A stretch of DNA of 60,547 bases from Nemertoderma westbladi. Its lineage: Eukaryota; Animalia; Xenacoelomorpha. Below the pieces are notes generated by a model. It made no database searches. It was given only the letters and a program-made list of their open reading frames with translations, and was not told the DNA's origin. Positions 12,322 to 23,128 of this stretch are shown here, piece after piece; within the stretch, counting starts at the first letter, position 1; the number at the start of each line of letters is the position of its first letter. The stretch covers positions 1 to 60,547 of the forward strand of contig JAUCBJ010007647.1 in NCBI GenBank assembly GCA_032718475.1. The letters are read 5' to 3'. A program made the translations under genes and the position numbers.

Positions 12322-13024
12322 CTTATTAAATCAACTACAGAGTATTTTAATGTAAAAGATAATAAAAATAACGGGGCAATTCAGCAAAGGCTTTTACAGC
12401 CAGTTATTACGATTTACTATTAATTATAATGTCTCTATTTGAATTATTTTGTATGTGTTAACTATTATATATGAAAGCCGACCAGCCGACCAGCCGACCT
12501 CAGGTGACTTATGGAGGATCGCTAGAAGTCGGCTAGTTTACATAGGGAGTATTGAACCCAGTTGGAAAAAAGGCTAACCTAAATGTTAGCCTTTTTTCCA
12601 ACCACTCTTGGGTCATGTGTAAAGGCGACGACTATTCGACCCAGTAAACTGAGAGTAAGTCGCAAGTTGGTCGGCTTGAATATATCATATATTCATTATA
12701 ATATATATATTTATGGAGGATCGCTAAAACTTTAACTTATGTAGATTATAGGTGGAGCCGCCCAACTCGACTCTTCCGATTGTTTATCAATAAATCGAAA
12801 CGTCAGTTGCATTTTACGTAACTCTTTTAAAATATGAAGTTCAAGATATTTTCGCTATTCGTTATTGCCCTGAAAATTTATTGAGATGCAACATATTTTC
12901 TCATAAATCAGCAATTCGTGATAACGTCTCTCGCTAAATTTGTTATTATTTCAACCAAATAAATTCAATAGCTAGAAATAAATACACCATTCATTTAGAA
13001 GTAGAACTACAAGTTTATTTAATT

Positions 13025-14215
13025 TTAATCCGGTTTAACGTAAACGTGAGCAAATTCAAACTGTTCGTACGTTCGTCTTCTTAACGAGTCGATTATTGTG
13101 AGTCCCGAGATGTTCTGAAAGCCAGACTCGATGGCGAGAAGCGAAAGTCGAACTAAGATGGTCTCCCGGGGTGCAACTGTCCCCAACCGCTTCCCGGATA
13201 CACCAGACCATCGTATGGAGCCCGCGTTGTTGAGATACAACGTCAACTCCATCAACTCATCGCTGCAGTTCATCACTTTACAATCGATATTGAAGGTCCT
13301 GTCAACATCCACCACATCCGGGATCGAGTCGACAAACACTCTAAGATCATCGAAGCCGCGCAGTTTGTTGCATATCAACTGACTGGTCTGGAGATGACCT
13401 CGCTCCCCTAGGTTAGTCTTCCAACAAATATCGAGTTTCCCTGTCGCGGCGGAATTCTTTAAACACGAGCGATCGGGGGTTAAACAGTAGATGTACTGTC
13501 TCGTCTCGTTCGGGTTCAGATATGAGAGAGCACCGAAGGTGCTGCGTTTATCTTCTATTTTATTGTGGTCTCGGAGTTGGAACAGTTCCGAGGGTTCGAA
13601 GGTAACCCTGTCTATGTACATGGTGTAGGCCGTGGTGTTCTGGATATGAGCCTCCAAGTATATATCGTCGCTTAACTGAGCGTTGTAGAACTTCGTTTTA
13701 ACGTCCAGCGGTCGCAAAACCTGAAATTTGAAGAATTTTCTAAAGTACAGTTTTTCCCCGCTGGGGGCGTTATAGGTGACGGAACAGATCAGTATGTGCG
13801 CGCCGAGCTCCATAACCTCATGATTTATCACGTCATCGAGTGAGGCACCCGGAAGTAACTCAGGATTGGCGGTAGGCGCGCTATTGGACAAGGTTAGCCG
13901 TTGAGTACTCGTTTGTAGATCAGCTTTTACTATAACGTTCTCCACTATTTGATTGCTGTCGTTATGGATGCTGACGTAGCAGGAGAAGGTTTCCCCAAGG
14001 AAAATGTTGCCGAAGTTTTGGGGTAGAGTTAGGAGTTGGCTGGTCGTGAAGTCCGGGAGGCCTTCCACACAGGTGATGTCCTCTTGTGATGTTTCCATCA
14101 ACGGGAATCCGATATCTCTTTTATCTAGAATCACCGGCTGGAAGATGGCGAACGACGGCTTGGTGAGTCTCATAACTTTTAGCGCCAACAAATGGTCAGT
14201 TTTGCTGGCCTCCAT
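13025..14215 (-). CDS. TRAPPC13: Trafficking protein particle complex subunit 13 (single exon)
   Basis: HLLALKVMRLTKP, LPQNFGNIFLGETFSCY, FRKFFKFQV..PLDVKTKFYN, GKLDICWKTNLGERGHLQTSQL; AATAAA just after the stop. Confidence 0.95.
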   Translation of the reverse strand: MEASKTDHLLALKVMRLTKPSFAIFQPVILDKRDIGFPLMETSQEDITCVEGLPDFTTSQLLTLPQNFGNIFLGETFSCYVSIHNDSNQIVENVIVKADLQTSTQRLTLSNSAPTANPELLPGASLDDVINHEVMELGAHILICSVTYNAPSGEKLYFRKFFKFQVLRPLDVKTKFYNAQLSDDIYLEAHIQNTTAYTMYIDRVTFEPSELFQLRDHNKIEDKRSTFGALSYLNPNETRQYIYCLTPDRSCLKNSAATGKLDICWKTNLGERGHLQTSQLICNKLRGFDDLRVFVDSIPDVVDVDRTFNIDCKVMNCSDELMELTLYLNNAGSIRWSGVSGKRLGTVAPRETILVRLSLLAIESGFQNISGLTIIDSLRRRTYEQFEFAHVYVKPD

Positions 14216-14519
14216 TTTTATTAGGACTACAGCTGTACAGGACTAGGCTACTGGACTAGGCCTCCTCCAGTCCTCGGTCCTACCGGCTGAACGGTACGAG
14301 CCAGGCAGCCAGGTACGCTGGTACGGTACCTCCTGACCTCAGTTCTTATCTTATAAGTTTATTTTTCATTTTTATTCTCATAACAGCATAAGCCTGTAAG
14401 CAGATAAGTCCTCAGTCAATCAGTGTTTTAATTAAGTTCAATAATTTATACCGGTAGCTGTACCTACAGCTGTAGGCCTAGGCCTAATCCAGTAATCGCC
14501 TCAAACAGACTGAAGACTG

Positions 14520-15672
14520 GGTAAATCTTTTCGACCTACGCGTAGGTCTACGCGTAGCTACGCGTAGTTCGCAACATTGGGTCATATATCACCAGTTTCA
14601 GAGTTTTAACATTAACTACGCGTAGGTGCTACGCGTAGGTGCCTCCCATAACTATGCCTATACGTCGTTTATCATTAGTAGGCCTACGTATTCCAAGCGA
14701 GTCAGTACTAAAATAAGTACATACGGTATGTTCAATATACAACCCACAACCATCAAATGCTTTCAACAGTAATTTAGCTTTCAACAGTAGTTTCAACATA
14801 TTATTCTTCACTTCATGCGTTGCGGGTGCTAAAATGTGTTACCGGTAATAATGTTTAGAGTTTAAAAATAGTTTACAAAGGAAATAGGCCGATGGTTCTT
14901 ATCGATTCTCTATGCTTTTTATTGCCTTTATTCACGGATAGGGCAAGGATATATTTAATATGTTAACCCCTTGACAAGGGAAAGGGTACTAAATTGTTTA
15001 CCATGATTGGTTGCACTTGCTATTTGCTGATTTGACCAAACAATTGAATATTATGCAGTATTTATCAGCTTTCGCTTAACCACTTCACGGGTGCTGGTCA
15101 CCTCGCCGCACTGCCACTTCGCCGCAGGTCACCTCGCCGCAGATAATGTGCGGCGAGGTGTCTTTGCGGCGAGGTGTCTCACTGTGAATGCCATTTCGCC
15201 GCAAATTATCGGACACCTCGCCGCAAGGCAATATTAATCATTTATTTCTATATTTACACAGGGAAGCCTAGTTATGAAGTATGGCATTGGACATTATGTA
15301 TTATAAAATAAAATAAAATAATACGGTCAGACGGTAAGGTTTGTTGTTCTATTATAATTACTGTATTATTATAGATACAGTAAGAGTACCGGTATTTGAG
15401 TAACGTATTAAAAATGCCTCGAGAATAGTGAAAAAAGTTCTACTTTTTTTCCCATGTAATAAATAATTATTTGTCTGATAATCAGATACCTGACATATAC
15501 CGATACTTGCCTAACAACTCAACCCTACCGGACCTGAAATGAAAAATCATTGTTATCAGGACTGCTACACGTAGCACCTACGCGTAGCTACGCGTAGCTA
15601 CGCGTAGCACCTACGCGTAGTTTCAAAATACCTACGCGTAGTTCCAAAATAACTACGCGTAGTTTTAAAACA
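14520..15672 (+). mobile_element. Non-autonomous MULE-like element family A, copy 1 (one end truncated, internal insertion ~15088-15465)
   Basis: Starts GGTAAATCTTTTCGACCTACGCGTAG. 14520-15087 and 15470-15672 are reverse complements of parts of 16238-20557. Confidence 0.7.
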
Positions 15673-15682
15673 CAGTTTCGAA

Positions 15683-16126
15683 ACACTCTGGCTACTCCAT
15701 GCCACCCACCAGGGACTAACTAAAACTCGGGAGAGGGCGTGTCGCTCCGTCTGGTGGCCGTCCATACCCAACAATGTGAAGCGGGCGGTCGAGCGATGCC
15801 AACCCTGCCAGGCAGCCCTCCCGTCGCACCCATCCGAGCCACTCCAGCGGAACCCAGACGCCACCCGTCCGTTTCAACGAGTTCACACTGACTTCGCCCA
15901 GGACGGCACCAACTACCTCGTCGTGACGGACGAGTTCACCGGCTGGCCCACCCTCTACAAACTCGGCCAGAACTCCACATCGCCGATTATAATAGACTGC
16001 CTCCGTCGCCTCTTATTGGCCACAGCCATCCTGACCGTCATATGTCCGGACAACGGGCCCCAGCTGGTGTCTGACGCCATCCGGACCTTCCTATCCGACT
16101 GGGGCGCTAGAGGCCTCAATAGTTGA
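15683..16126 (+). pseudogene. Ty3/Gypsy integrase fragment
   Basis: In-frame LHATHQG..KTRERA...WWP...CQPCQ (HHCC) and RPFQRVHTDF, YLVVTDEFTGWP, DNGPQ core motifs; truncated at both ends. Confidence 0.85.
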
Positions 16127-16606
16127 TGTTTCCATAGTCGGTCGTTTCAGATGTCTCGGATTCCTGATTTACTTTAATCTAACCATAATACAGTAATACT
16201 GTAATAGGCCTATAGCTAATTTGTAATACAGCAGTGGGGTAACTCTTTTCAACCTACGCGTAGGCCTACGCGTAGCTACGCGTAGTTTGTAACTTCCACT
16301 CCTGTCATTTACCGTTAGGGCCAGACTTACTGCCTTTTTAACAACTACGCGTAGGTGTTTTAAAACTACGCGTAGGTATTTTGGAACTACGCGTAGGTGT
16401 TTTGAAACTACCCGTAGGTGTTACGCGTAGATGCTACGCGTAGCAGTCCTGATAACGATGATTTTTCATTTCAGGTCCGGTAGGGTTGAGTTGTTAGGCA
16501 TAAGTATCGGTATCTGATCAGACAAATGGAATAACAGAATCGGAAGCTCATATCTTTACATACAGCACTGGTAATAAATGATATTCGGCTGTTTCACATA
16601 CAAATA

Positions 16607-17113
16607 CACGAAGTGGGGACTTCGCGCAGCACGAAGTTGGCAGAGCCTTAGCGAATTGACACTGTTAGGGGGTAGGTCAATTTATGCAAATAGTCACGTT
16701 GGCCCTCTAGCGGCAGACTGGAGAACTGCAGATGGATTCGCCTCCCTTGAAAGTCACAGCTAATGGTCTCGTGTACATATCTGCCAAGTTTCAGCTTAAA
16801 CGGATTAAAAGCAAAGAAATGGGAGGGCATTTAATGTTTAGACATGTGGCCCTCTAGCGGGAGACCATTGCACTGATGGTGTCTGAAAGTCTCTCAAAAA
16901 TCTCAACTTTTGCTCATATTGATACCTACAAATTTTCAACTTGGCAGCTTTAAATCCGACAAAGTTATTAGCATGTCAAAATCGTAACGACGACGACAAC
17001 GACGACGACGACAACGACGACGACGACGACGACGACAACTATTTGCATAAATTGACCCACCCCCTAACAGTGTCAATTCGCTAAGGCTCCGCCAACTTCG
17101 TGGCTCGCCCCAC
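16607..17113 (-). mobile_element. ~510 bp non-autonomous element with 65-bp subterminal inverted repeats and (GAC)n microsatellite (Helentron/HINE-like layout), copy 1
   Basis: IR 16630-16694 / 17038-17102, short terminal hairpin ACTTCG..CGAAGT, near-identical copy at 51501-52019, no TSD. Confidence 0.75.
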
Positions 17114-17358
17114 AAGATGAATAAAAATTAGACTTAAAATTCACGTCTCATGATTCAAGTATCTTGGTTTGCATTGGATAATTTAAATATTCTACAGTAG
17201 TAAGCTACCAGTCTACCGGTGAAGTGGTTAAGCGAAAACTGATAATACTGCATATAATTCAATTGTTTGGTCAAATAGCAAGCAACTAAGGGCAACCAAA
17301 TCGCATGGTAGACAATTTAATCTCCCCCTTCCCTTGTCAAGGGGTTCGCATATTAAAT

Positions 17359-20043
17359 GGTAGGTGCTAAAATGCACAACGAGCAACAATGAGCAACAAC
17401 GAGCAACAATAAGCAACAACGAGCAACAATGAGCAACAACGAGCAACAATGAGCAGCAACGAGCAACAATGAGCAACAACGAGCAACAATGAGCAACAAC
17501 GAGCAACAATGAGCAATAATAAAGTACAGCAATGAGCAACAATGAGCAACAATGAGCAACAACGAGCAACAATGAGCAACAATGAGCAACAGCGAGCAAC
17601 AATGAGCAACAATGAACAACAATGAGCAACAATGAGCAACAATGACCAATAACGAGCAACAATGAGCAACAACGAGCAACAATGAGCAATAATATAGTAC
17701 AACAACGAGCAACAATGAGCAACAATGAGCAACAACGAGCAACAATGAGCAACAACGAGCAACAATGAGCCACAACGAGCAACAATGATCAACAACGAGC
17801 AACAATGAGCAATAATAAAGTACAACAATGAGCAACAATGACCAACAATGAGCAACAATGACCAACAACGAGCAACAATGAGCAACAACGAGCAACAATG
17901 AACAACAACGAGCAACAATGAGCAACAACGAGCAACAATGAGCAACAACGAGCAACAATGAAACATTGATCAACAATGAGCAATAATAAAGTACAACAAT
18001 GAGCAACAATGAGCAACAATGACCAACAACGAGCAACAATGAACAACAATGACCAACAATGAGCAACAACGAGCAACAATGAGCAACAACGAGCAACAAC
18101 GAGCAACAATGACCAACAACGAGCAACAATGAACAACAATGAGCAACAACGAGCAACAACAAGCAACAACGAGCAACAATGAGCAACAACGAGCAACAAT
18201 GAGCAACAACGAGCAACAATGAGCAACAATGAGCAACAACGAGTAACAATGACCAACAATGAGCCACAATGAGCAACAACGAGCAACAATGAGCAACAAC
18301 GAGCAACAATTATCGGACAGTGAAATTAATTCTAGATTGACCGATCATAATCGTAGAATTCACTCAATCAAAATTCTGTCGAGACCCCATAGGACATTTC
18401 GCTTTATTTCGTTTAGAATTGTAGAAGATACATTTCCTTCAAACGGTGTTTTTTTAACATTATATTATATTGTACAGACGGTACTTTGCCCTGTTATTAG
18501 GCTGCTCTGCATAGGCGCGTAATTTATTGCAACAATATTATATTGATGATAGCAATGGATCCATCCATTATTGCAAGCTCTCGATGATGGCAAGCTTGTA
18601 AATAAATAAACCATTAGTTTAATCTGTTATAATTGTTAACTCTTGGTTTGGTTATTTTCGAAAACCAATACTGGTAGTGGTGTAGTTAATTACAATTAAA
18701 AATAATTTTTTGTTTTTCGAAAATAACCGAGAATTAAAAATCCACCGATTAAACTAATCGTTTTTTCAAAAAATCTATTGTTTTTGAGCCAAGAGTTTTT
18801 TATTGTATATATAAAGAAAAAAAACACAACCGTTGCCCAGCTAAACTAATAATAAACTCTAAAACTATTGAAAATTCATTCCGAAACCTATTCAAAACCT
18901 ATTCAATCCTAAAGAATCATTCCGGTACCGCCAGTCCTTTCATTGTGAGATAATGGAGCTGAGTTTTGGTGAGGAATTGTTTGGTATCTTTATGGATAGT
19001 AATTTTATTCATAGAGAACTGCGAATCATAGTTTGCTAAACACTGACCAAGAAGGTGGATATATATACTGTATTGCCAGCTTTTTGGGCTGGTGTTCCAT
19101 CTTTTTCAAAATAATCCCGAACACCAACAGTTTTCATGACCAGTTTGTCAGTGAGGTTTAAGAAGTTGATACGGCATTGCTCACATCGGCTAACCTTGGC
19201 CGGACAATTTTTTGTATCCGCGCGTGACACAAGTAGGTATTTATTAGAGACACATCTTTCTGGATCAATTGCTGCAATTTCTTCGGAATCCGCTGGGTAG
19301 TTGTGATCACTTTGAACAACCTCCTCATTTACGTAGTTACCCTGTTCCAGACTGATAATTTCATTGTTACAATATTTTGTTATTGACAATACATTGTTAC
19401 TCGTTGTTGTACTTTATTATTGCTCGTTGTTGCTCATTGTTGCTCGTTGTTGCTCATTGTTGCTCGTTGTTGCTCATTGTTATTCGTTGTTGTACTTTAT
19501 TATTGGTCGTTGTTACTCATTGTTGCTCGTTGGTGCTCGTTGTTGCTCGTTGTTGCTCATTGTTGCTCGTTGTTGCTCATTGTTGCTCATTGTTATTCGT
19601 TGGTGTACTTTATTATTGCTCGTTGTTGCTCATTGTTGCTCGTTGTTGCTCGTTGTTTCTCATTGTTGCTCGTTATTGCTCATTGTTGTTCATTGTTGCT
19701 CATTGTTACTCGTTGTTGTACTTTATTATTGCTCGTTGTTGGTCATTGTTACTCGTTGTTGCTCATTGTTGCTCATTGTTGCTCGTTGTTGCTCATTGTT
19801 GCTCATTGTTACTCGTAGTTGTACTTTATTAGTGCTCGTTGTTGCTCATTGTTGCTCGTTGTTGCTCGATGTTTGCTCATGGTTGCTCATTGTTGCTCAT
19901 TGTTATTCGTTGTTGTACTTTATTATTGCTCGTTGTTGCTCATTGTTGCTCGTTGTTGCTCATTGTTGCTCATTGTTGCTCGCTGTTGCTCATTGTTGCT
20001 CGTTGTTGGTCATTGTTGCTCGTTGTGCATTTTAGCACCTACC
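17359..20043. mobile_element. Foldback-type MULE derivative with long TIRs built from a 10-bp tandem unit GAGCAACAA(T/C)
   Basis: Termini GGTAGGTGCTAAAATGCACAAC and its reverse complement; arrays ~17377-18310 and ~19392-20025; 9-bp TSD ATATTAAAT (17350-17358, 20044-20052). Single-copy empty site in the paralog near 14950-14960. Confidence 0.92.
18917..19389 (-). pseudogene. C-terminal relic of a probable MULE-type transposase with a Cys/His zinc-finger-like motif
   Basis: CPAKVSRCEQC...RDY...GN, then after a 5-nt frameshift YIHLLGQCLANYD...KGLAVPE*; lies inside the Foldback element. Family assignment is from motif recall. Confidence 0.55.
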
Positions 20044-20717
20044 ATATTAAATATATCCTTGCCCTATCGTGAACAAAGGCAATAAAAAGCAATGGAGAAT
20101 CGATAAGGATAAGAACCATCGGCCTATTTCCTTTGTAAACTATTTTTGAACTCTAAACATTATTAACACATTTTAGCGCGCGCAACGCATTAAAGTGAAG
20201 AATATGTAGTCTTAGCGTATGCCAGTACAAAGAGTATACATAGGTATACATACATTACTGTTGAAAGCATTTGATTGTTGTGGGTTATTGTGTATTGAAC
20301 ATACCACCGTATTGTCTTATTTAGTACTGAACCGCTTGGAATACGTCTGTACGTAGGCCTATGTACTAATGATAAACGTCGTATAGGCATAGTTATGGGT
20401 AGCACCTACGCGTAGTTATACGTAGCACATACGCGTAGTTCGCGTAGGACCTACGCGTAGCTACGCGTGCAACCTACGCGTAGTTAATGTTAAAACTCTG
20501 AAACTGGTGATGTATGACCCAATGTTGCGAACTACGCGTAGGTCGAAAAGATTTACCCAGCAGTGGAGTGGTACTGGTGATCAGGTGATGTAAGACAGTA
20601 AGACCAATTACTGAATTATTAATATGACCTACTGACCTAAGACAGAAAGACTGCAGTATACAGTACTGTGGTGATTTGCGGCCACATTCACTTTTCTTTT
20701 TTTTCGACCTAGGCCTA

Positions 20718-20817
20718 GCGCGTAGCACCTACGCGTAGTTAATGTTAAAGTTCTGAAACTGGTGATATACTGTATGACCCAATGTGTCGAACTACGCGTA
20801 GATCGAAAAGATTTACC
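20718..20817 (-). mobile_element. Third, isolated terminus of MULE-like family A
   Basis: Repeats 20470-20557 (ctacgcgtagttaatgttaaa...gaaaagatttacc). Confidence 0.75.
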
Positions 20818-20945
20818 CAAACTCTGCACAATACTGCAATAATTGCAGGCTGACAGAGTGACAGGCAGACAGGGACAGAGGAGACACTGTATTGTACAAT
20901 GTACGTAGGCCTACATCTGTCTGTACATACCAAGGACTACTCTGG

Positions 20946-21090
20946 AGAGACTCTTTCGATTGAGATATTTCTCTACAGGTGGTCGCAGGTTGAGTCCGAG
21001 CCCAGAGAGACTCTTTAACCTGAGATATTCTCTACAGGGAACAGGCTGACAGGGGGGTCACAGGTTGAGTCCGAGCCCAGAGAGACTCTT
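20946..21090. repeat. Short tandem repeat, ~2 units of 60-75 bp
   Basis: agagactcttt...ctctacagg...caggttgagtccgagcccag repeated. Confidence 0.7.
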
Positions 21091-22408
21091 TATCAGTCTT
21101 TGTCAGTCTGTGTATTCTGGTAGGCCTATTAGTCTATCAGTACTGTAGTTCCCTGCCTTGCTGCCTTGAACTGTTTTGCACTTACACATACACACACACT
21201 GCAGGTCTGCAGACTGCAGCCTGTCTGACTGTGGACAAACGGACAGATTGCAGGATTGAGCATGAGCATTAAAGTACTTTAATTCTCCCCCTGCTGCCCT
21301 GTTGAAATACAATACAGTGTACTGATCAGTGCTGATGTAACCGATTAGTATACCTAACTGTTGGTTATTCACTCTGACTGTAATGTAACAGCAACATTAT
21401 TAGGGGGGCTAAATTATCAATTATTATTGCAATCCTGACATTCTTTAAAAACATGACTTGTTTCAAAAATTTTTCAAGATTGTTCAAACCAATAAAACCA
21501 TGACTCAGCAGAATTTTCGTGCTCGCTACGCTCGCAATTTAATGACACCTGTATTTGAAAACAGTCGGTTGGTCTACTCTAAATGATGAAATGTTAAAAT
21601 TGTCGTGCTCGCTACGATCGCAATCTGGCAATTGGATCACATCTACCTACATTTAAAAACAGTCAGTTGACGTTGACCTACTACAGTCAGACAGTAGGCC
21701 TACTATCTGACTATTAGGCCTACTGTCAGACTGTATTTATGTTAACATTTTTGGAAAATTTCCTTGCTCGCTTCGCTACGCTCCCATTTTAATGTTAAAA
21801 TACTGAAATACTATAGGGCTACAGCATTATACAGTTATAAACTGATAAATTATTTCAATTACTGCAAAATTTCATCAGTTATTGTCAATTGTTGGCTTGG
21901 CGCGCATTGGATATCATGGCTGGCGCGATTTTCGTTCAACCAGAATGCGTGTGGCGCGCTTTTTGTCAGTATTCCATATAGGGCTTGAATTTCCGCCTTC
22001 GAAAACCTATAGTGCATGGTTTTCCCTTATTTATAGCCACAATAACATGGGGAATCAAATATCATAAAAAATTACCCCGTTACCTTGGCAACAGAACGAA
22101 GATATATGACCATGAACAATGAACAGATGAAAATGTCAGAAATAGATTTCTCGACCCCGAAAACCCTATAATGGACTATTTTGTTTTACATTTAAAGCCG
22201 GTTTAGTATGAGATTGAGAACTGAATGGTCCCCGCTAGCGGGGGCTTAGTTTTAGCTCTGTCAGTCCTGGAGTAGAGTAGTCCTTGGTACATACTGAGAC
22301 TGACATACACCCTCTCTCCACTCTCTGTAGCCTTAGCCTGTAGGCAGGTCTATTCTATCAGTCTATGTAAATACTGAATTCACTCACAAAAGCACAAGTT
22401 ATGCTGTT

Positions 22409-23128
22409 ATGTCGGCTCCAGGAATTCCTTATCATCGCACGATAACGGTGGGCGAGTTCGTCTCCGATTATTGGCCTAAGATTGAGGACATATGCGATCA
22501 AATCTATCGCAACAGCAGCCCGGGCCAACTGGCGTTCGAACCGTCATACAGTCTCGTATACAAGTGCGTCTGTTCGCAGCACCAAAAAAGGTTGCTAGAT
22601 AACCTAATGCGTGTTACGCTGGACTACACCCAGATCGTAGTCGCTGAATTAGAAGCGACGAACAATGATTTAGAATTCCTTAATTTATTCGCCAATAAAC
22701 TCAATAAATTCCTTTCGGCTGCCGAGGCATTATCGGCGGTTTTCCATTATTTAGACCGATTTTATAAGAATAGAAGTCGAACAGCTTGTAAAGATATCCA
22801 TACTGAATTACTTTCGGTTTACCGGAACTCCGTACACTTCCGGTATTCGCAGCGGACTATTCCGTTGCTAGAACAGGCGGTCGCCTCTCCTTTCACCCTC
22901 CCTCCCGAGTCCCTCTCCTGCCTCGCTCGCAACCTACACATAATGGACCCATCCCTGGTGGCCTCTCATCCCGGTACCTTCTCGTCTTTCGTCCCTCCTC
23001 AGAGCGACTCATCTTCGGTGTTCGATCTTCCCTCCTTTGTTCACGATGCTAGCGAGATGCCGCGGTTAGGCGTAATGGACCAGGATGTGTTCCGGGGACT
23101 CAAGCGAAGTTACGATAACGACGAGTAA
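22409..23128 (+). CDS. CACUL1: CDK2-associated cullin-domain protein 1 (single exon)
   Basis: YWPKIE, YSLVYKCVCSQH, VFHYLDRFY, PLLEQA..SPF and P.TFSSFVP match the CACUL1 cullin-repeat domain. Confidence 0.88.
   Translation: MSAPGIPYHRTITVGEFVSDYWPKIEDICDQIYRNSSPGQLAFEPSYSLVYKCVCSQHQKRLLDNLMRVTLDYTQIVVAELEATNNDLEFLNLFANKLNKFLSAAEALSAVFHYLDRFYKNRSRTACKDIHTELLSVYRNSVHFRYSQRTIPLLEQAVASPFTLPPESLSCLARNLHIMDPSLVASHPGTFSSFVPPQSDSSSVFDLPSFVHDASEMPRLGVMDQDVFRGLKRSYDNDE

Larger units (their letters stand above)
16238..20557 (-). mobile_element. MULE-like family A, copy 2, with 9-bp TSD; hosts two nested insertions
   Basis: Termini GGTAACTCTTTTC / GAAAAGATTTACC; TSD CAGCAGTGG at 16229-16237 and 20558-20566; subterminal CTACGCGTAG arrays. 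Confidence 0.85.

Noticed and set aside
17228-20085. Many Cys/Leu/Val-rich ORFs (LLLVVAHCCS repeats)
   Set aside because: Translation artefacts of the stop-free 10-bp tandem arms of the Foldback element; open in several frames
14535-20800. CTACGCGTAG and GAGCAACAA arrays as a CRISPR array
   Set aside because: No unique constant-length spacers, no cas genes, eukaryotic context; these are TIR subrepeats
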